A DNA stretch of 63,463 nt, filler included. It is 5 parts of 5 records of this genome, joined end to end, with 100 filler letters (N's around TTAATTAATTAA, not from the genome) between each part and the next. Parts side by side here need not be neighbours in the genome. Positions count along the whole stretch, not along the records: positions 27,153 to 36,081 come from SRR20825006_1720; positions 36,182 to 53,116 come from SRR20825006_1722; 3 more parts are not named here. The stretch is one strand, 5' to 3'. This document shows positions 29,096 through 37,694 of this stretch, piece after piece. Numbering within the stretch: position 1 is the stretch's first letter; the number at the start of each line of letters is the position of its first letter. The notes below the pieces were generated by a model, which saw nothing but the letters and a program-made list of their open reading frames with translations, was not told where the DNA came from and made no database searches. The translations under genes and the position numbers were made by a program.

Positions 29096-29718
29096 TGAGT
29101 TATTCAGCAGAAGAAATAAAAAAACTCAATGCCGAGTTAAAACAAAAGTCACCGGTTGAGATTGCGCAATGGGCAGTTGATAATGCTGCGAATGCAGTGG
29201 TGACTACCAATTTTAGACCTTATGAGGCAGCGATTTTATATGCTGCAACTCAGGCTAAAAATGATATTCCTGTGATTTGGTGTGATACGGGGTATAATAC
29301 CCCTAACACGTATAGACACGCAGAGGAAGTGATTGATTTGTTGGCTTTGAACGTTGATCTTTATGTTCCTAAGCAAACTTCGGCACATAGAGATGTGGTT
29401 TTGGGAATTCCGCAGATTGATGACCCAAAGCACAAAGTTTTTACAGAGCAAGTAAAGCTTGAGCCTTTTAAAAGAGCAATGGCGGTTCATAAGCCTGATG
29501 TATGGTTTACAAACCTGCGTAAAGGGCAAACGGCACATCGCGATAACTTAGATATTTTAAGTCTAGGAGCAGATGACATTTTAAAAGTGAGTCCGTTTTA
29601 CTATTACAGCGATGAGCAATTAGATACGTATTTGGAGGAGCATAAGCTGCCAAATGAACATAAATATTTTGATCCAACAAAAGTTTTGGAAAACAGGGAG
29701 TGTGGTTTACACGCTTAA
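29095..29718 (+). CDS. cysH: (P)APS reductase family protein without Fe-S cysteines
   Basis: WCDTGY, KLEP, LRKGQ, C-terminal RECGLH; ATG overlaps the upstream stop (TAATG). Confidence 0.88.
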   Translation: MSYSAEEIKKLNAELKQKSPVEIAQWAVDNAANAVVTTNFRPYEAAILYAATQAKNDIPVIWCDTGYNTPNTYRHAEEVIDLLALNVDLYVPKQTSAHRDVVLGIPQIDDPKHKVFTEQVKLEPFKRAMAVHKPDVWFTNLRKGQTAHRDNLDILSLGADDILKVSPFYYYSDEQLDTYLEEHKLPNEHKYFDPTKVLENRECGLHA

Positions 29719-29730
29719 AAAGAGTAGAGC

Positions 29731-30630
29731 ATGAGCAAGATTTTAAAAACAAATGCATTAGAAAGTGAGGCTATTTACATTTTCAGAGAAGTAGTTGCAC
29801 AGTTTGAAAATCCTGTACTTCTTTTTTCGGGAGGGAAAGACAGTATTACCCTAGTGCGTTTGGCGCAAAAAGCATTTTATCCGGCGAAGATTCCATTTCC
29901 TTTGTTACACGTAGATACCGGTCATAACTTTCCTGAGACCATTGAGTTTCGCGACAAGTTAGTTGAAGAACTAGGTTTAGATCTTATAGTGCGTAATGTG
30001 CAAGATGCTATTGATGCCGGTAAAGTAACTGAAGAAACAGGTAAATATTCTAGCCGAAATATGCTGCAAACCACTACGCTTCTTGATGCGATTGAGGAGT
30101 TTAAGTTTGATGCATGTATTGGTGGAGCGCGTCGTGACGAGGAAAAGGCCCGTGCAAAAGAACGTATTTTTTCGGTGCGTGATGATTTTGGTCAATGGGA
30201 TGAAAAAAATCAGCGTCCAGAATTATTCGATTTACTTAACGGCAAAATAGAAATAGGACAGAATGTACGTGTGTTCCCAATCTCAAACTGGACAGAGCTT
30301 GATGTATGGAGTTATATTGAGCAAGAAAAGATAGAAATACCTTCTATTTATTTTTCGCATAAGCGTAAAACCTTTGTGCGCGATGGTTTGATCTGGAGTG
30401 CATCAAAGTATGTGTATAGAGAGGAAGATGAGGAAGTTTTAGAACGTATTGTGCGTTTCAGAACAGTAGGAGATATGACTTGTACCGCGGCAGTGGAATC
30501 TGAAGCAGATACGATTGAGCAGATTGTTAAAGAGATCAAGGTTTCTACCATTTCAGAACGAGGAGCTCGTATAGATGATAAGCGATCTGAAGCTGCAATG
30601 GAAAAGCGTAAGCAACAAGGGTACTTCTAG
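29731..30630 (+). CDS. cysD: Sulfate adenylyltransferase subunit 2
   Basis: LFSGGKDS, HVDTGHNF, GGARRDEEKARAKER, RFRTVGD, KQQGYF. Confidence 0.97.
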   Translation: MSKILKTNALESEAIYIFREVVAQFENPVLLFSGGKDSITLVRLAQKAFYPAKIPFPLLHVDTGHNFPETIEFRDKLVEELGLDLIVRNVQDAIDAGKVTEETGKYSSRNMLQTTTLLDAIEEFKFDACIGGARRDEEKARAKERIFSVRDDFGQWDEKNQRPELFDLLNGKIEIGQNVRVFPISNWTELDVWSYIEQEKIEIPSIYFSHKRKTFVRDGLIWSASKYVYREEDEEVLERIVRFRTVGDMTCTAAVESEADTIEQIVKEIKVSTISERGARIDDKRSEAAMEKRKQQGYF

Positions 30631-30697
30631 AACGTACATAAATAAGGTATTAATTTTCCTTTAATTCAATTAGAAAGGGCAAGAGTAGCATAGCATA

Positions 30698-31942
30698 ATG
30701 GAAGTTTTAAAAATAGCAACAGCAGGTAGTGTAGATGACGGAAAAAGTACGTTAATAGGACGTTTGCTTTACGATACGAAGTCATTGACAGATGATAAAT
30801 TAGAAGCTATAGAGCGCAACAGTAGAAAGAAAGGGTACGATTATCTTGACTTTTCTTTAGCGACTGACGGTTTGGTAGCAGAGCGTGAGCAGGGAATCAC
30901 TATTGATGTAGCGCATATTTATTTTTCAACTAAAAAGAAAAGTTACATCATTGCTGATACTCCGGGACACGTAGAGTATACTCGTAATATGGTGACCGGT
31001 GCTTCTCAGGCGCAAGCATCAATCATCTTAATTGATGCACGTAAAGGAGTGATCGAGCAAACATATCGTCACTTTTTTATCAATAATCTTTTACGTGTAA
31101 AACACGTTATTGTTGCGGTAAATAAGATGGACTTGGTTGATTATGATCAGCAAGTTTTTGAAGATATCAAACGCGACTTTGAAAAGTTAAATGCACAAAG
31201 TAGCTATGAAGATCAAGAAGTGACTTTTGTGCCTATTAGTGCGCTAAAAGGCGATAATGTAGCGCAGAAGTCTAATGCGATGCCTTGGTACAAAGGGGAG
31301 AGTGTTCTTGATTTTCTTGAAGCCTTACAACCTGAGCAGGAAGAAAGAACTGCTGCACGTTTTCCTGTGCAAACCGTGATACGCCCTAAAAAGGATGAGT
31401 TCCACGATTATAGAGGATATGCCGGGAAGATCTACGGAAGCAGTCTAAAAGTAGGTGATGCAGTAACGGTATTGCCGTCGCTGACTTCTTCAAAAATTAA
31501 GTCGATAGAATTTTTTAATGAAGAATTTGACGAGGCCGTTGCCGGTAGCTCGGTTACGATTACTTTAGAAGACGATATCAATGTTACCAGAGGCGATATT
31601 TTAGTGAAGTCTGATGAAGTTCCACAATCTTCTAAAACCCTGAAAGCAGCGGTTTGTTGGATGGATGGGAAAGCATTAGTGCCTGGAGCGAAATATGAAA
31701 TTCAGCATAACACCAATCGTATTTTGGCTAAAATTGACAGTATAGATAATGTCATTTCAACTGATTATTCAGGGGAAGATGTTGCTGCTGGCCAATTAAA
31801 ACTGAATGAAATCGGCAAGGTTAATTTTAAACTGAGTAAAAATCTGTTTTACGATAATTACGCAGATAACAAAGCTGGCGGGTCATTCATCCTGATAGAC
31901 ACGCAAAGTAATACCACTGCAGGAGTGGGCTTTATTGGATAA
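30698..31942 (+). CDS. cysN: Sulfate adenylyltransferase subunit 1 (GTPase; no fused APS kinase)
   Basis: GSVDDGKST, EREQGITIDVA, DTPGH, NKMD; 414 aa. Confidence 0.97.
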   Translation: MEVLKIATAGSVDDGKSTLIGRLLYDTKSLTDDKLEAIERNSRKKGYDYLDFSLATDGLVAEREQGITIDVAHIYFSTKKKSYIIADTPGHVEYTRNMVTGASQAQASIILIDARKGVIEQTYRHFFINNLLRVKHVIVAVNKMDLVDYDQQVFEDIKRDFEKLNAQSSYEDQEVTFVPISALKGDNVAQKSNAMPWYKGESVLDFLEALQPEQEERTAARFPVQTVIRPKKDEFHDYRGYAGKIYGSSLKVGDAVTVLPSLTSSKIKSIEFFNEEFDEAVAGSSVTITLEDDINVTRGDILVKSDEVPQSSKTLKAAVCWMDGKALVPGAKYEIQHNTNRILAKIDSIDNVISTDYSGEDVAAGQLKLNEIGKVNFKLSKNLFYDNYADNKAGGSFILIDTQSNTTAGVGFIG

Positions 31943-31952
31943 TAAATAGATT

Positions 31953-31984
31953 AAAGAGTGCAGTGTAAAAACTGAAACTCTTTT
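31953..31984 (+). terminator. Weak hairpin/terminator between cysN and the sulfite reductase gene
   Basis: AAAGAGT-G-CAGT-GTAAAA-ACTG-AA-ACTCTTTT. Confidence 0.45.
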
Positions 31985-31989
31985 GCTTA

Positions 31990-32012
31990 AATCCTATTTT
32001 TCCGATAGGATT
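31990..32012. promoter_or_regulatory. Palindromic operator AATCCTA-N9-TAGGATT, copy 2
   Basis: AATCCTA-TTTTTCCGA-TAGGATT, 30 bp upstream of the sulfite reductase ATG. Confidence 0.75.
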
Positions 32013-32041
32013 AAAATGAAATAAATAAAAAAATACAAGCT

Positions 32042-34138
32042 ATGCAAAGCTTCAGAACAGAAATAGAAAATCCGGTTGTAGAACGCGACATTATTGAGCT
32101 AGAACGCAAGATCAAGCTTTTTAAGGATGGGAAGATAGATGAAGAACGTTTTAGAAGTCTTCGTTTGGCTCGTGGAGTATACGGGCAACGTCAAGAAGGC
32201 GTGCAAATGATACGTATCAAATTGCCTTACGGAAAGGTGTCCAGCGATCAGTTGTTGCGTATTTCTGATGTTTCTGATGAGTACTCTCGCGGAAAGCTTC
32301 ACATTACCACACGTCAGGATATTCAGATTCACTATGTGAGTTTAGATAGAACTCCTGAGTTGTGGGCAGAACTTGAAAAGAGCGATGTAACTCTGCGTGA
32401 AGCTTGTGGAAACACCGTAAGAAATGTGACAGCGAGTCCTGATGCAGGAATCAACCCTGACGAGGCTTTTGACGCAACGCCTTATGCACACGCTACTTTT
32501 CAGTTTTTCTTGAGAAATCCTATTTGTCAAGAAATGGGGCGAAAGTTTAAAATGTCTTTTTCGTCAACTGATGATGATACCGCTTTAGCATTCATTCACG
32601 ATTTAGGGTTTATTCCAAAAATCAAAGACGGAGAAAAAGGCTTTAAAGTGATGCTTGGGGGTGGTTTAGGATCGCAGCCACGTCACGCAGATGTTTTAAC
32701 CGAATTTTTGCCGGTAAACCAACTTATTCCAACGATCGAAGGAGTATTACGAGTGTTTGATCGTCACGGAGAACGTTCAAGACGTCTTAAGGCGCGTATG
32801 AAATTCTTAATTAAAGACCTCGGTTTAGATGGGTTTATGGATTTGGTTGCTGAAGAGAAAAAAGCGCTATCCTATAAAACCTACGAGATTGATACTTCGG
32901 CTTATGATAAGCCGGTAGCAGCACCTTTAACCGAAGCCCCGGAAGTTAGTATTGAAGATGCTAAAGCTTATGAAGCTTGGAAAGCAACCAATGTGTTTAA
33001 ACAGAAACAAGATGGTCTATACGCTATTGGAATCAAAGTGCGTTTGGGTGATTTTTCAACTGAAAAGGCGCGTGCATTAGCGGCATTGATCAAAAAATAC
33101 GGGGGAGATGAGCTGCGACTTACCCTGCGTCAAAATATATTATTAAGACATATACCGGAAGGGGCAATTCCATTCTTCTACTCACAACTAGCCAACCTAG
33201 GTTTTGCCCGTCCGGGATATGAAACAACAACAGATATTACTGCGTGTCCCGGTACAGATACTTGTAACTTAGGGATTGCGAGTAGTACCGGTATCGCAGA
33301 TAAGCTTGAAGATGTTCTTGTAGAAGAATATCCTGAGTATTTAAATAATAAAGAGATCACTATTAAAATTAGTGGTTGTATGAATGCCTGCGGTCAGCAT
33401 AATATGGCTCATATAGGTTTTCAAGGTATGTCTGTACGTACGCCAGAAAAATTGGTAGCGCCTGCACTACAAGTACTTTTAGGTGGTGGAGTTCTAGGAA
33501 ATGGCGATGGTCGTTTTGCAGATAAGGTAATCAAGATACCTAGCAAACGTGGGCCACAAGCCTTGCGTGCAATTCTTGATGATTTTAAAGCAAATGCAGG
33601 TAATCAGGATTTCTTGAGTTATTATGATGAGAAGGGACAGCGTTATTTTTATGATTTCTTAAAGCCGCTTTCTGAAACTGATAATCTGGTAGAATCAGAC
33701 TTCGTTGACTGGGGGAATGATGAAAAATACATTCAGGAAGTTGGTGTAGGAGAATGTGCCGGAGTCGTGATCGATCTTGTGCAAACCTTGCTGCTTGAGG
33801 CTAAAGAAAAACTAGGAAACGCCATTGAAGCCTTTGAAGGTAAAAATTGGGCAGACAGTATTTATCATACCTATGCAAGTCTGGTTAATGGGGCAAAAGC
33901 TATTCTATTGTCTGAAAATGTAAAAACCAACACGCAAGCCAATATCATCGCTGAGTTTGACAAAACTTTTGGTGAAGATGCGGTATTAAAAACGGAAACG
34001 TCATTTGCAGATTTGGTTTATCAAATTCAAAATAATGAGCCTACACAGGAATTTGCAGAAGCATATATCGCTGATGCCAATGCATTTTTTGATCGTGTAG
34101 ATGCGTTCAGAAAAAATCAATTAGCACATGCAAATTAA
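32042..34138 (+). CDS. Siroheme/[4Fe-4S] sulfite reductase (ferredoxin type) with C-terminal HEPN-like domain
   Basis: GVYGQRQ, HITTRQDIQ, CGNTVRN, CPGTDTC and GCMNACG ligands; about 120-aa helical extension; cys operon context. Confidence 0.9.
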   Translation: MQSFRTEIENPVVERDIIELERKIKLFKDGKIDEERFRSLRLARGVYGQRQEGVQMIRIKLPYGKVSSDQLLRISDVSDEYSRGKLHITTRQDIQIHYVSLDRTPELWAELEKSDVTLREACGNTVRNVTASPDAGINPDEAFDATPYAHATFQFFLRNPICQEMGRKFKMSFSSTDDDTALAFIHDLGFIPKIKDGEKGFKVMLGGGLGSQPRHADVLTEFLPVNQLIPTIEGVLRVFDRHGERSRRLKARMKFLIKDLGLDGFMDLVAEEKKALSYKTYEIDTSAYDKPVAAPLTEAPEVSIEDAKAYEAWKATNVFKQKQDGLYAIGIKVRLGDFSTEKARALAALIKKYGGDELRLTLRQNILLRHIPEGAIPFFYSQLANLGFARPGYETTTDITACPGTDTCNLGIASSTGIADKLEDVLVEEYPEYLNNKEITIKISGCMNACGQHNMAHIGFQGMSVRTPEKLVAPALQVLLGGGVLGNGDGRFADKVIKIPSKRGPQALRAILDDFKANAGNQDFLSYYDEKGQRYFYDFLKPLSETDNLVESDFVDWGNDEKYIQEVGVGECAGVVIDLVQTLLLEAKEKLGNAIEAFEGKNWADSIYHTYASLVNGAKAILLSENVKTNTQANIIAEFDKTFGEDAVLKTETSFADLVYQIQNNEPTQEFAEAYIADANAFFDRVDAFRKNQLAHAN

Positions 34139-34889
34139 GAATCCAAAATTAACAGTTGTAGGAGCAGGACCCGGTGATGTAGAGCTGTTTACTTTAAAAG
34201 GTATTCGCGCACTGGAAAGTGCAGATGTGGTGTTGTATGACGCTTTGGTAAATCCAGAATTGTTGGAATATGCTAACAATGCTGAATTGATTTTCGTCGG
34301 AAAGCGCAAAGGATGTTATGCTTATCAGCAAGAGCAAATCAATGATTTGATCATTGCCAGAGCTAAAAGTCATGGTCACGTGGTGCGACTTAAAGGTGGA
34401 GATCCGTTTATTTTTGGCCGTGGAGCTGAAGAAATGGAGGTTGCCGCAGCAGCCGGACTCGAAGTTGCTATGGTTCCTGGGATTTCTTCTTCGCTAGCCG
34501 TGCCTGCGTATCAGAATATTCCGCTTACAAAGCGGGGGAGTTCAGAGAGTTTTTGGGTAATCACGGGTACTACCCGCCATCATGAATTATCTAATGACGT
34601 GAAGCTTGCGGCGCAGTCTTCAGCCACCGTGGTTATCTTGATGGGAATGAGTAAACTACCTGAGATCACACAGCTTTTTCGCGAAAGCGGGAAAAAAGAT
34701 ATTCCGGTTGCAATCATCCAGAACGGTACGACACCTGAAGAACGCGTTGCTGTAGGGACGATAGATAGCATTCAGGAAGAAGTTGAAAAGTTAAAGTTGA
34801 GCAATCCTGCAATTATTGTTATTGGGGAGGTGGTACGAAATAGAGCCCAATTGCTTAATTTGCAAGTAGAACTTGCGCAAACCTCATAA
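34128..34889 (+). CDS. cobA: Uroporphyrinogen-III C-methyltransferase
   Basis: VGAGPGD, ADVVLYDAL, VRLKGGDPFIFGRG, PGISS. Confidence 0.95.
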   Translation: MQIKNPKLTVVGAGPGDVELFTLKGIRALESADVVLYDALVNPELLEYANNAELIFVGKRKGCYAYQQEQINDLIIARAKSHGHVVRLKGGDPFIFGRGAEEMEVAAAAGLEVAMVPGISSSLAVPAYQNIPLTKRGSSESFWVITGTTRHHELSNDVKLAAQSSATVVILMGMSKLPEITQLFRESGKKDIPVAIIQNGTTPEERVAVGTIDSIQEEVEKLKLSNPAIIVIGEVVRNRAQLLNLQVELAQTS

Positions 34890-34890
34890 T

Positions 34891-35475
34891 ATGGCTGCTG
34901 AGCGAAATAATCTATATCCGGTTTTTTTAAAAGTACGTAACCTGCAGGTTCTCATTGTAGGTGGAGGTAACGTGGCTTTAGAAAAACTCACGTTTTTGAC
35001 AAAATCGAGTCCGGATGCGGTTGTGGAAATGGTAGCGCCTTTTTTTAGAGAAGAAACTCTAGAAATGGCAAAAAAGTTTAATGTAAAAATCACAAAGAAG
35101 CGCTTTACGCGTTCTATGCTTAAAAAGCGCCACGTGGTCATAGCAACTACAGATAGCCCTGCGGTTAATCAACGCGTGTATAGGGCAGCCAGAAAGCGGT
35201 TCTTACTTTGCAATATCGCAGACGTACCTGAACTTTGTGATTTTTATATGGGCGGAATCGTTACTAAAGGAAACGTGAAAATCGCAATCTCTACTAACGG
35301 AAAGTCGCCAACGACAGCAAAGCGTTTAAGACAGTTTTTTGAAGAAGTCATTCCCGATAACATTGATGATTTGGTTCAAAATTTGAATGAATATAGAAAA
35401 ACGATTAAAGGGGATTTTGAAGAGAAAGTTGAAACCCTCAATGAATTTACAAAAGGATTGATTTCCAAAAATTAA
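34891..35475 (+). CDS. Precorrin-2 dehydrogenase/sirohydrochlorin ferrochelatase (SirC/Met8p-like)
   Basis: YPVFL, IVGGGNVA, NIADVPELCDF, IAISTNGKSP; start set at ATG 34891. Confidence 0.9.
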   Translation: MAAERNNLYPVFLKVRNLQVLIVGGGNVALEKLTFLTKSSPDAVVEMVAPFFREETLEMAKKFNVKITKKRFTRSMLKKRHVVIATTDSPAVNQRVYRAARKRFLLCNIADVPELCDFYMGGIVTKGNVKIAISTNGKSPTTAKRLRQFFEEVIPDNIDDLVQNLNEYRKTIKGDFEEKVETLNEFTKGLISKN

Positions 35476-35518
35476 AGTTTAAGTTGAATGATGAGCTTCG
35501 GCTCAAAGATTAAAGAAG

Positions 35519-36081
35519 ATGATTAAAACAGACATTCTCATTATTGGAGCGGGACCAACCGGACTATTTACTGTATTTGAAGCCGGACTTTTAAAACTGA
35601 AGTGCCACCTAATTGATGCCTTGGCACAACCAGGCGGACAATTGGCTGAGATATATCCTAAAAAACCTATTTATGATATCCCCGGATTTCCAGAAGTTGG
35701 AGCCGGAGAATTAGTAGATAACCTTCTTGAGCAAGGAAAGCAATTTCAACCAGGTTTTACACTGGGTGAGCGTGCAGAAACAATAGAAAAGCAAGAAGAT
35801 GGTAGTTTTATTGTAACTACTACTAAAGGAACTAAACACCAGGCGCCAGTAGTCGCTATTGCCGGTGGTTTAGGAAGTTTTGAGCCACGTAAGCCGGTTA
35901 TACCTAATATTCACGAGTTTGAAGATAAAGGGGTTGCTTATATGATCAAAGATCCTGAAGTATACCGTGATAAAAAAGTAGTAATTGCCGGAGGTGGTGA
36001 TTCTGCATTAGACTGGAGTATCTACCTTGCTGATATCGCAAAAGAGGTAACTTTAGTACACCGAAGAAATGAATTTAGAGG
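35519..36081 (+). CDS. Ferredoxin--NADP+ reductase, TrxB-like/YumC type (3' truncated)
   Basis: IIGAGPTG, GGQLAEIYPKKPIYDIPG, GGGDSALDW, VHRR. Confidence 0.88.
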
Positions 36082-36181
36082 NNNNNNNNNNNNNNNNNNN
36101 NNNNNNNNNNNNNNNNNNNNNNNNNTTAATTAATTAANNNNNNNNNNNNNNNNNNNNNNNNNNNNNNNNNNNNNNNNNNNN
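36082..36181. other. Artificial contig spacer
   Basis: N44-TTAATTAATTAA-N44. Confidence 0.99.
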
Positions 36182-36868
36182 CGCAGTATGGCGAATTATC
36201 CCTTCATGAAAAATAGCCACGTCTGTTGTTCCACCACCGATATCAACCAATACGACTCCTGCCTCCTTTTCTTCGTCTGTTAAAACGGCATCTGCAGAAG
36301 CAATAGGCTCAAGTATAATGTCTTTCACTTTTAGTCCAGCTCGCTCAACGCATTTATGAATATTCATTGATGCGCCAACGTTTCCAGTAATTATATGGAA
36401 ATTTGCTTCTAAACGCACACCTGACATTCCGATTGGGTCTTTAATTCCTTGCTCGTTGTCGATGATGTATTCTTGAGGCAGAACTGTGATAATTTGTTCT
36501 CCTGGAGGCATTGCCATTTTGTACATGTCATCCACCAAGTGATCAATATCCTTTTGAGAAATTTCATTCTCTACGTTTGTACGCGTATAAATTCCTCTAT
36601 GTTGAATGCTTTTTATGTGTTGACCAGCAATTCCGACGTTTACCGAATTAATTCTTAGTTCACCGTCTATTCTATTTTGAGCTTCCTCAACGGCACCAGT
36701 AATTGATTGAATAGTTTTATCAATATTTGAAACCATTCCACGCATCACACCGAGGGACTCTGTTTTCCCCATCGATAAAATCTCAATTTTACCGTGTTCA
36801 TTGCTACGTCCTACAAAACATGCAATCTTTGTTGTTCCAATATCTAATCCTACAATTATCTTACTCAT
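36182..36868 (-). CDS. ftsA: Cell division protein FtsA (3' truncated)
   Basis: VGLDIGTTKI, DPIGMSGVRLE, VDIGGGTTD. Confidence 0.97.
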
Positions 36869-36893
36869 TGTATCTTCCTTGCGTCTATTAATT

Positions 36894-37694
36894 CTAGACT
36901 GGTTTGGTCTTACACACTATTTGCCCATCAAACTTTAGGCTAATTTCCGAATACTTATTCCAGCCAACGTTTGGCATGGCTTCTTTGTAAAAAATACACA
37001 ACTTCTCAAACTTCATCTTTACTTCCTCCTCTGAATCTGCTGTACCCAGTACAATCTTCACATCCCCAACCAGTGGTATTAACACAAAATCGCCATTCTT
37101 TTCCAGGTGAACTTGACCTATAAGTGAATGTAATAAGGGATTATGACAAACATAATTGGAAATTCGATAGATTTCATCGAGTTTCTGAATACTTTTCAAG
37201 GAATCGTTGTTAATAATGTCACTTACGGAGACACTGGAAATCCTATCATTGATGTTTCCGGTAAACACCAGAACGCGAGCTGTATGCGTTGGAGTTGTAT
37301 GTACAATCTCCCCGTTTTCGTCGAGGTAAAACGATTCATCAAACTTATTGAAGATTCTAGCGATAGGTGTCCGAAGCTCTACTTCTATTTCCCAAGTGTC
37401 TCCTATATTCGTAAAAACCTTCGCGCTTTTGACTTGTGAATAACTTGTAATCAACGCTTCTATCGCTGCGACATCCAACTCTTCTTTTGGCATTCCTTCT
37501 CTCCAGAGTCCTTTATTCTTGATTCTTCTCAATAATTCTTCTGGCGAAATGAATGGATGCTCGACGTCTGTTTTCAACGTAATTTCAGGCGCGTTCATTA
37601 TCCGTCTATTTTGATAATTCGTTACACTAACGATCAAAACGATTAACAAGACTCCAAAGAAGCTCCACAACGCTATTTTCAACCAGCTTTTCAT
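36894..37694 (-). CDS. ftsQ: FtsQ/DivIB, Bacteroidota type
   Basis: N-terminal TM, POTRA-like region, PIARI, Y..ISLKFDGQIVC; between murC and ftsA. Confidence 0.85.
   Translation of the reverse strand: MKSWLKIALWSFFGVLLIVLIVSVTNYQNRRIMNAPEITLKTDVEHPFISPEELLRRIKNKGLWREGMPKEELDVAAIEALITSYSQVKSAKVFTNIGDTWEIEVELRTPIARIFNKFDESFYLDENGEIVHTTPTHTARVLVFTGNINDRISSVSVSDIINNDSLKSIQKLDEIYRISNYVCHNPLLHSLIGQVHLEKNGDFVLIPLVGDVKIVLGTADSEEEVKMKFEKLCIFYKEAMPNVGWNKYSEISLKFDGQIVCKTKPV

Noticed and set aside
33770-34138. HEPN-like tail as a toxin-antitoxin or anti-phage RNase
   Set aside because: No RxxxxH motif, no MNT partner, and fused to a housekeeping enzyme; kept only as a domain-fusion finding
35519-36868. 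ORF-track proteins running into X residues
   Set aside because: Translation through the N spacer; FNR and ftsA are truncated by contig ends, not pseudogenes or fusions
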